DNA of 41,030 nucleotides from a virus (lineage: Duplodnaviria; Caudoviricetes). Shown here in pieces: positions 1 through 6,461 of this stretch (the stretch's first letter is position 1; each line of letters starts with the position of its first letter). Under the pieces are notes generated by a model, which saw nothing but the letters and a program-made list of their open reading frames with translations, did not search any database and was not told where the DNA came from. The position numbers were made by a program, and so were the translations under genes. The stretch spans positions 1 through 41,030 of the IMG/VR virus record IMGVR_UViG_3300049180_000029; one strand, given 5' to 3'.

Positions 1-4
1 CAAT

Positions 5-130
5 GACGCGCTGAACACGCTCAAGGCCCGCATCAAGGACGCAATCAAGGCGGCTGAAACGCAGCGCGTCATTGAAGGCGCCCCGCATAAGCAGGCGATC
101 GACGAAATTCAGGCCCGCTATAACGAGCTG
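5..130. repeat. 126-bp terminal overlap (identical to 40905..41030); circular assembly junction
   Basis: gacgcgctgaac...tataacgagctg occurs at both contig ends; the ORF starting at 40743 reads through the junction in frame. Confidence 0.95.
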
Positions 131-607
131 ATCGGCAGCAACAAGTCCGTCACCGGTATCGCCCTCAAAGCCGAGGAAGCCTGCAACAAGGCTCTGAAAC
201 CGTACCTGCTCGAACTGGAGCGCCAGCAGCAGGAAGCCGCCCGCATCGCCCGGGAGGAAGCCGCTCGCAAGCAGGAGGAGGCAATGGCCGCCATGCGAGA
301 GCGTGACGCCGCCAACCTGCAACAACGCGAAGACGCCGAACGTCTCGTTCAGGAGGCAAAGCAAGCCGAAGCAGCAGCAAACCAGGCTGAGAAGGCCAAG
401 GCACATGCAAAAGGGGATGGACGCGCCACAGGGCTGCGTACGGTCTACCGCGCCGTCCTCGTCGATCGCCAGCTTGCCGCGAAATGGGTTTGGCTCGATC
501 GCAACGAAGAGCTGATGACGTGGATCCAGGATCAGGCCGACAAGGCTGTTCGTTCCGGCGTTCGCTCAATCGCCGGTTTTGAAGTTATCGAAGAGAAGGT
601 GCTGTGA
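5..607 (+). CDS. 3' part of a ~254-aa coiled-coil phage protein starting at 40743 (recombination-module gene upstream of Sak)
   Basis: In frame with 40743..41030 across the overlap; Ala/Glu/Arg-rich helical sequence; GTGA overlap with the next gene. Confidence 0.8.
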   Translation, partial: DALNTLKARIKDAIKAAETQRVIEGAPHKQAIDEIQARYNELIGSNKSVTGIALKAEEACNKALKPYLLELERQQQEAARIAREEAARKQEEAMAAMRERDAANLQQREDAERLVQEAKQAEAAANQAEKAKAHAKGDGRATGLRTVYRAVLVDRQLAAKWVWLDRNEELMTWIQDQADKAVRSGVRSIAGFEVIEEKVL

Positions 608-1359
608 TGCCGACCACCGAAGAACTGAAGCAGCTGTTTGCCGAGTTCCCGCGTGACGCCGTAAGCTGGCGTGCGCAGTCTGTGACCAAGGATGGAACGA
701 AGGCACTCGCCCTTGCCTATATCGACGCTCGCGACGTTATGGACCGTCTTGACGACGTGTGCGGCTCCGAGAACTGGCAGGACCGCTACGAGTTCCACGG
801 AACCCGCACGATCTGCTATCTGTCCATCCGCATCGATGATGAATGGATCACCAAGGCTGATGGTGCTGGCGACAGTGACGTTGAAGCCGAAAAGGGCGCC
901 ATCTCGGATGCCTTGAAGCGCGCCGCCGTCAAATGGGGCATCGGTCGTTATCTCTACCACATCGTCTCCCCTTGGGTTCCCTGCGACAGCTACGAGACCG
1001 AATACCAGGGCAAGAAAAAGCAGAACTGGAAGTCATGGAAGGAAGATCCGTGGTCGCTCGTCCGTAGCCCGCGCCCTGCCCCGCAGAAGCAGGCGGCCGC
1101 TGCGCCCATTCCTCCGAGCCCCGCGATGGAAAGCCTTTGGCGGGAGATGGAAGCGATATCGTCAAGCCGCGGCCTCGAACTGTTCTGGAAGGACAACGTC
1201 AAGACGATCCTCGGCTTCGACGAAGGCAACAAGAAGCGCTTCGTCGACAAGAAGGACGAGCTGAAGGCGAAGTTTGCGCCGCAGCCGGCCGACGATGAAT
1301 CGTTCCCCGGTTCGGTCTCTGATCGCGAAGCACTGCGTCAACCGATTGCTGGGGGTTGA
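604..1359 (+). CDS. Rad52/Rad22-family single-strand annealing protein (Sak-like recombinase)
   Basis: Motifs LAYIDARDVMDRLDDVCG..W and EAEKGAISDALKRAAVKWGIGRYLY. Confidence 0.9.
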   Translation: MMPTTEELKQLFAEFPRDAVSWRAQSVTKDGTKALALAYIDARDVMDRLDDVCGSENWQDRYEFHGTRTICYLSIRIDDEWITKADGAGDSDVEAEKGAISDALKRAAVKWGIGRYLYHIVSPWVPCDSYETEYQGKKKQNWKSWKEDPWSLVRSPRPAPQKQAAAAPIPPSPAMESLWREMEAISSSRGLELFWKDNVKTILGFDEGNKKRFVDKKDELKAKFAPQPADDESFPGSVSDREALRQPIAGG

Positions 1360-1781
1360 CCATGGCAAAGAAATCCAAAGAATCCCCCCCAATTTACTGC
1401 GTCCGCTACGGCTCGAACCTTGTAGGTGAGATGGCTGCCGATCGTGAGCGCATATCCGAACTCAAGGAAGGCGAGCGCATCCGGGTGGATGTTCGCACCG
1501 GAAGAATTCCAAGCCGTCTGCGGTTCTACTTCGCATTCATCCGCGAGGTAAGGAAAGCCACCGGCTGCGCGCCTACCGACAGGCAGTTCCACAAAGCAAT
1601 AAAACTTGAGACTGGCTTCACGGAAGACGTGATCTTTCGCGGCCACATCGTCAAAGTCCCGTCTTCCGTTTCGTTTGAAGAAATGGACGAGCAAACCTTC
1701 GGGGCCTTCCTCCAAGAGGCACTTGCCTTCATCGCCAGAGAATACGGCATCGTTCCTGAAGACGTGGAGCAGGCAGCATGA
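1356..1781 (+). CDS. DUF1367/NinB-like recombination accessory protein
   Basis: RLRFYFAF...KLETG...PSSVSFEEMDEQTF pattern; next to the recombinase. Confidence 0.65.
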   Translation: MTMAKKSKESPPIYCVRYGSNLVGEMAADRERISELKEGERIRVDVRTGRIPSRLRFYFAFIREVRKATGCAPTDRQFHKAIKLETGFTEDVIFRGHIVKVPSSVSFEEMDEQTFGAFLQEALAFIAREYGIVPEDVEQAA

Positions 1782-1960
1782 ACGACGCAACCCGACAGCA
1801 CTTGATCCGCTATCCCAACGCCCGCACCTCCACCGTCGTCTACCTTCAAAAGCGAGACGAGACAACGCAGCGCCTTCGCCAGGAACTCGGCATGGAGAAG
1901 CAGGACCGCAAGCCGTGGTGGAAGCGTGCGCTTTCGGCAGCGCTCAGAGGGAGAATGTGA
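1778..1960 (+). CDS. hypothetical protein (60 aa)
   Basis: ATGA/TGATG coupling to both neighbours; GGAG upstream. Confidence 0.7.
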   Translation: MNDATRQHLIRYPNARTSTVVYLQKRDETTQRLRQELGMEKQDRKPWWKRALSAALRGRM

Positions 1961-2319
1961 TGGTAGCCTTCAGCTTCTCCGACCGCTTCGTGACCCTCGT
2001 CGAGAGCGGTCTTAAGACGCAGACGATACGGCAGACTCGCCGCGCCAAGATCGGCGATGCAATCCAGCTCTATACGGGCCTGAGAACAAAGGATTGCCGA
2101 AAGCTGACGACCGTCGATCCGATCTGCACATACGTCGGCTATGTCGCGATACGGCCTGATTATCTCACTGTTGGCGACACCTCGAAGCATCCTCGCGACC
2201 GAGACGAGTTTGCCGCGCTGGACGGCTTCAAGGACTATGCCGACATGCTGGCATGGTTCCAAGAGCGCTACGGGCAACCGTCGTTCGTCGGATACCTGCA
2301 TCGTTGGGAGTTCCAGTGA
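1960..2319 (+). CDS. ASCH-domain protein (119 aa; true start at 1960)
   Basis: FSFSDRF..VESGLKTQTIR (GxKxxTxR) and FAALDGF...M..WF motifs. Confidence 0.8.
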   Translation: MVAFSFSDRFVTLVESGLKTQTIRQTRRAKIGDAIQLYTGLRTKDCRKLTTVDPICTYVGYVAIRPDYLTVGDTSKHPRDRDEFAALDGFKDYADMLAWFQERYGQPSFVGYLHRWEFQ

Positions 2320-2642
2320 TGAAGCGCCAGGAGTTCGACAAGAAGACGCGCGGCCTCGCCTTCAAACGCTGCGAAGGCAAATGCCAGAAGTGCAGCGCGC
2401 GCCTCAAGGTTGGAGAGGCCGAATACGATCACGTCATTCCATACTATTTCACACAGGATTCGTCGCTGGAGAATTGCCAGGTTTTGTGTGTGCCTTGCCA
2501 CCGAGGCGAAGGAGCCAAGACGGCAGACGACCAGCGCGACATATCGAAGTCGAAGCGGATCTGGCTCAAGCATCACGGCGCATGGCCAGAATCAAAAGCA
2601 AAGCTGAAATCTCGCGGGTTCGCCAGAACGAGGAATATTTGA
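2319..2642 (+). CDS. small HNH endonuclease
   Basis: CxxC ... EYDHVIP ... N..VLCVPCH; TGATG coupling. Confidence 0.85.
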   Translation: MKRQEFDKKTRGLAFKRCEGKCQKCSARLKVGEAEYDHVIPYYFTQDSSLENCQVLCVPCHRGEGAKTADDQRDISKSKRIWLKHHGAWPESKAKLKSRGFARTRNI

Positions 2643-2643
2643 C

Positions 2644-3312
2644 ATGACCAGAGAACTCAAGCGCTGCCCCTTCTGCGGCGGCGAAGCAGCGGATCCAGAC
2701 GGCAATAACCATACTTGGTGCTCGGAGACCTCCTGCGGCTCTGATGCATATTTGAGCGTCGAGGCTTGGAACCGTCGCGCCGAACCAGGGAAGCCAGAAA
2801 GCGGCGTCTTGGCGGTGGTGGTGAAGGTGAAGCCGCTCATCTGGGAGGTTTACAATATCGATATGCACAAAGCCGAGACGTTCTTCGGCTATTATGTCGT
2901 AGCCGCCAGCGGTCATTGCTGGCTGAACGCCGGCCCGCTTGCCAAGGATTTCGAAAGCATCGGCAAGAATGTGGATGCTGCCAAAGGATTTTGCCAAGCC
3001 GATTACGAGCAGCGCATCATGGCCGCTCTCACCACCCCTCCCCAGCCCGTCGCCGCCCTTCATGCCGCGCCGTGCGAGCCGGTGGCGGTGAAAGCATTCG
3101 GTCTTGGTGATCGCGTCAGCAAGAAATCCGGATCATCTTGGAACGGGCACGTCGTCGGCTTCTACAGCACCGAACTGACGCCTATCGGCTATTGCGTTGA
3201 AAGCGAGCGCGAGCCTGGATCGGTGCAGATATACCCGGAAGCCGCTCTCACAGGAGGCGCGGATGGTTTCACGGGCGGTGCCTGTGGACAACCGGTGGAT
3301 AAGTCTCCATGA
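2644..3312 (+). CDS. mosaic protein: Lar-like zinc finger + phage domain + C-terminal type II (R67/DfrB-like) dihydrofolate reductase domain
   Basis: N-terminal [12 protein letters not shown]...C..AWNRRA; C-terminal [51 protein letters not shown]. Confidence 0.85.
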   Translation: MTRELKRCPFCGGEAADPDGNNHTWCSETSCGSDAYLSVEAWNRRAEPGKPESGVLAVVVKVKPLIWEVYNIDMHKAETFFGYYVVAASGHCWLNAGPLAKDFESIGKNVDAAKGFCQADYEQRIMAALTTPPQPVAALHAAPCEPVAVKAFGLGDRVSKKSGSSWNGHVVGFYSTELTPIGYCVESEREPGSVQIYPEAALTGGADGFTGGACGQPVDKSP

Positions 3313-3515
3313 GCAGAGCCCGCACTTACACGAAGTCCGAAATCTCCGATGCTGCCTCTGCCGCAGCCATCCATAACGTCCGCGTGGTCATGCACCCGTC
3401 GGGCGAAATTGAATTTGCTCCGAAGAGCTTTACTGCGGTCGATCGCGAAGACGAAACCGCTGAGAAGGCTTTGAGGGATTGGCAGAATGGAAGGCAAGCT
3501 CGTGGGCGTGCATAA
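3309..3515 (+). CDS. probable excisionase / recombination directionality factor
   Basis: 68-aa gene overlapping the integrase start; positional inference. Confidence 0.55.
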   Translation: MSRARTYTKSEISDAASAAAIHNVRVVMHPSGEIEFAPKSFTAVDREDETAEKALRDWQNGRQARGRA

Positions 3516-4518
3516 GATCAAGGTCAAACTGGCCGATGGGTCGGAGGCGACCTATTACTATGCATGGCGGGGAAAGGGAGCGCCGCGGATCCACGCAAAG
3601 CCCGGGACGAAAGCCTTTACTCAGGAATTCGTGCGGCTGACCAGAGATCGGCCGACGCATGTCGCATCCGGTACGATCGGATCGCTGATCGAGGAATTCC
3701 GAGCCACGGCGAAATATCAGGCCTTGGCGCCAAATACCCGAAAAGACAACGAGCGCATGTTCGGTGTAATCCGCGCCGAATACGAATCATTCCCCATCCC
3801 GGCCATAGAGGCTCGTGGAAGCCGGAAGATGTTTCTTGCCTGGCGGGACACCATGAAGGACGCGCCGCGCTCTGCTGACATGCATCTTGGGCTGCTGGCG
3901 AGGGTTTTCTCTTGGGCGAAGGACAACGAGACTATCCTCCGCAATCCACTGGAGCGCGTCGAGCATCTTCACGAAGGAACCAGGCGCGATTCCGTATGGA
4001 CGATGGAGCAGATCACCACTGTCCTCACCAAAGCCGTTCCACACCTCAGGAACGTGGCCTGTATTGCGCTTTGGACCATGCAGCGTCAGGCAGATATTCT
4101 GACGATGCCCACGCTCGTTTTCGATGGCAAACGGGTATCGATCAAGCAGGGGAAAACTGGTGCCCGCGTGTGGGTTACAGCGGCGCCAGACATTCTGCCA
4201 ATATTGCGGGACGCAAAGGAAAACCAACGCCAGCGCGTGCTGGTCAACTCGTTCGGCCAAAATTGGACATCGAGCGGATTCAGGTCTTCGTGGCGCAAAG
4301 AGATGAAGCGGCTGAAGATCAAAGGGGTGACCTTCCACGATCTACGTGGCACGGCGATCACCTACGCCTACGCGCATCTGGATAGATCTCACGATGAGAA
4401 GATCAAGCTCATAGCCGAGATATCGGGGCATTCGGAGGAAGATGCGGAGACGATTATTCGGCGTCACTACCTGGCAGGACAGGAGATTATCGACGCCATC
4501 AGCCGAGGAACGAAGTGA
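3487..4518 (+). CDS. int: tyrosine recombinase / phage integrase
   Basis: Catalytic set TMQR (R), QGKTG (K), FHDLRGT (HxxR), ISGH, RRHY (Y); N-terminal YYYAWRG arm-binding region. Confidence 0.95.
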   Translation: MEGKLVGVHKIKVKLADGSEATYYYAWRGKGAPRIHAKPGTKAFTQEFVRLTRDRPTHVASGTIGSLIEEFRATAKYQALAPNTRKDNERMFGVIRAEYESFPIPAIEARGSRKMFLAWRDTMKDAPRSADMHLGLLARVFSWAKDNETILRNPLERVEHLHEGTRRDSVWTMEQITTVLTKAVPHLRNVACIALWTMQRQADILTMPTLVFDGKRVSIKQGKTGARVWVTAAPDILPILRDAKENQRQRVLVNSFGQNWTSSGFRSSWRKEMKRLKIKGVTFHDLRGTAITYAYAHLDRSHDEKIKLIAEISGHSEEDAETIIRRHYLAGQEIIDAISRGTK

Positions 4519-4525
4519 GCATAAA

Positions 4526-4751
4526 CTGTAAAACGCTCGGAAAGCTGTAAAATGGGTGGTTCCAGGCAATGAAAATAGTATATATTAATCAGATGTTTAT
4601 GGTGCCCCCGCCAGGGTTCGAACCCGGGACCCCCTGATTACAAATCCGATCGCACAAACAGGGATTTCAATTGGGTGGCTGTACCTCGGGTGTAAAATAG
4701 AGCCGGAATTCGCTCAATGAATCTAGGAACGTCAAGAGGCGATTGTAAAAT
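4526..4751 (+). repeat. four TGTAAAA direct repeats flanking the att core (probable integrase arm-type sites)
   Basis: Copies at ~4527, ~4546, 4691 and 4744, two on each side of the core. Confidence 0.65.
4600..4646 (-). other. attP: attP core: 3' half of tRNA-Thr(UGU) including CCA
   Basis: Reverse complement gatTTGTAAtcagggggtcccggGTTCGAAccctggcgggggcACCA gives anticodon loop, T-arm and acceptor 3' strand; directly downstream of int; 5' half absent. Confidence 0.9.
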
Positions 4752-4792
4752 GCGAACAGAAATTTATCCCCCGTTTTATGGAGGTGTGGACA

Positions 4793-5332
4793 ATGGAACC
4801 GATTGAGCCTGGATCTGTAATTAACGAGTGGACTGTTCTATCGTTCGCCGGGCGCAGAGAGAACTACGCCAAGGAATGGCTATGCAAATGCACATGCGGC
4901 CGAGAACGCGTTGTTCAGCAATGCGACCTTAAAAAAGGGAAGACGAGAAGCTGCGGGTGCAAAAGAGGTGATGCCCTTCGGCTTCTGAGTTTCAAGCATG
5001 GCGAGGCCATTAAGGGCGCTCGGTCACCAGAATATGTGACGTGGTCGACCATGAAGAACCGATGCCTGAATCAGAACCACCCAGATTGGGTTGGATACGG
5101 TGGACGAGGAATTGGCGTCTGCGATAGATGGCGCGATAGCTTCGAAAGCTTCCTGGCTGATATGGGCCGCCGACCATCCAGGGCTCATTCTATCGAGCGC
5201 GTCGACAACAACGGCGGTTATGAGCCGGGAAATTGCAAATGGGCTTCCCCAGAAGAGCAAGCCAAAAACCGCTCGCCCCGTGGATCTGGTTGCTGGGTTG
5301 GCTGGAGAGGGAATCGCGCGAGTCATAAATGA
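4793..5332 (+). CDS. HNH-type homing endonuclease
   Basis: WLCKCTCG..TRSCGC..HG; Y..W..MKNRC; YGGRGI.VCDRW; SIERVDNNGGYEPGNCKWA; GGAGGT RBS before ATG 4793. Confidence 0.85.
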   Translation: MEPIEPGSVINEWTVLSFAGRRENYAKEWLCKCTCGRERVVQQCDLKKGKTRSCGCKRGDALRLLSFKHGEAIKGARSPEYVTWSTMKNRCLNQNHPDWVGYGGRGIGVCDRWRDSFESFLADMGRRPSRAHSIERVDNNGGYEPGNCKWASPEEQAKNRSPRGSGCWVGWRGNRASHK

Positions 5333-5550
5333 CAAGGATCGTCCACTTCGTAGGCTTCCGCGGCGAGGAATACCACTCAGCCGTCAAGACGTTCGGACCA
5401 CCGCATTACATCCATCGGGGATGGGATCTGCGGGCGCAGCGGGAGATAGCGGATGGCGATCTTGTGGTGTTCGCCTTCGGCCCGAGCGATCAGGAGCCGC
5501 GCGTCAAGAGCTATGACGACATTCGAGAGACGGCGTATAAGGAGCAATGA
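5329..5550 (+). CDS. hypothetical protein (73 aa)
   Basis: ATGA coupling on both sides; protein-like composition. Confidence 0.75.
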   Translation: MTRIVHFVGFRGEEYHSAVKTFGPPHYIHRGWDLRAQREIADGDLVVFAFGPSDQEPRVKSYDDIRETAYKEQ

Positions 5551-5807
5551 GGATGGAGAGACAAGAGACCATGGTCGAGCGCGTGGCGAAGGCGATAGCC
5601 GAGACCTTGATGGAGATCGATCAAAAGCGGGCCGAGAACTCCGGCCATGATATCATGCTGGTGATCGACGCCTACATGCCTACCTGCAGATTGGCCGCCC
5701 GAGCAGCAATTGATGTCATCTGCGAGAAAATCGCTGCCGTCGCTCTTGACCGAGGCGATGAAGAGCTTGGCGAGATCATTATCGCCGCCCTCAAGGAACG
5801 GGACTGA
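5547..5807 (+). CDS. hypothetical protein (86 aa)
   Basis: AAGGAG RBS; MVERVAKAIA..ARAAI pattern common in phage small proteins. Confidence 0.75.
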   Translation: MRMERQETMVERVAKAIAETLMEIDQKRAENSGHDIMLVIDAYMPTCRLAARAAIDVICEKIAAVALDRGDEELGEIIIAALKERD

Positions 5808-5899
5808 TGTTCAACCGCTTCACCCCACACGTCTATATCTTCCTTGCCCTAGCTGTGGTGGTATTAGGTGTCGAGGCTTGGAAGTGGGCTGTCAGTTGA
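5807..5899 (+). CDS. 30-aa single-TM peptide (not in ORF track)
   Basis: TGATG-coupled ORF MFNRFTPHVYIFLALAVVVLGVEAWKWAVS; AAGGA upstream. Confidence 0.5.
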   Translation: MFNRFTPHVYIFLALAVVVLGVEAWKWAVS

Positions 5900-6326
5900 T
5901 CTTCAACCAATGCCGAAACCAAGAGACGAGACCATCACCAGCGTAGGATATGGTTCCGCCAACCGTCAGGCCAGCGAGCGCGATCAGCCCTGATATGCCG
6001 ACGCCAAGGGTTTTCAAACGCTTCCACTCGTCAAGCGCCGGCGTGACCGCATCGTGGTTCTTGTTCACCGTGTCCTTCAGGGATTTGATTTCCTCCCTGA
6101 TCTGGGCATCGACGCCGCCGGTAATGGCTACCGTGGTATCGAGATGGGAGATCTGCTTTGCCTGCTCATCAAGGCGCCGATGGATCACCGTCCGGCTTTC
6201 GTGGGCATTGTCCTTTTCATCGCTCACATCCTCCCGCAATAGGGAGACGCTCTCTTCTATGCCGGAAAGTCTGCCTTCTACCCGGCCAAGGGCGCGGAGG
6301 ATGTCATCGTTGCTAGTCGCCATCAA
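5892..6326 (-). CDS. coiled-coil protein with C-terminal TM segment (DUF1515-like)
   Basis: Heptad region followed by LGVGISGLIALAGLTVGG; last gene of the late operon. Confidence 0.6.
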   Translation of the reverse strand: MMATSNDDILRALGRVEGRLSGIEESVSLLREDVSDEKDNAHESRTVIHRRLDEQAKQISHLDTTVAITGGVDAQIREEIKSLKDTVNKNHDAVTPALDEWKRLKTLGVGISGLIALAGLTVGGTISYAGDGLVSWFRHWLKIN

Positions 6327-6461
6327 GTCCGCTGCCCTGTCTTCATTTCATGTTAACGCACTTGGAACCACTGAGCTGATAAAATGCTTCAGCCGAGCGG
6401 CTCCCTGTGTCGCGCGGTTAGGACGCTCGATCTGCTCGAACAGGTCGGGCGCCCGCTTGCT

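Noticed and set aside
1-130. Terminal repeat as a biological direct terminal repeat
   Set aside because: The 126-bp length is typical of assembler k-mer overlap, it falls mid-gene, and the first 4 nt do not match; treated as a circularisation artefact
3097-3249. Mobile clinical dfrB integron cassette
   Set aside because: No attC or integron integrase; the domain is fused in frame within a phage gene, and the nearby integrase is a phage type
4600-4646. Functional phage tRNA-Thr gene
   Set aside because: Only the anticodon loop to CCA is present; there is no D-arm or 5' acceptor strand, so it is an att core
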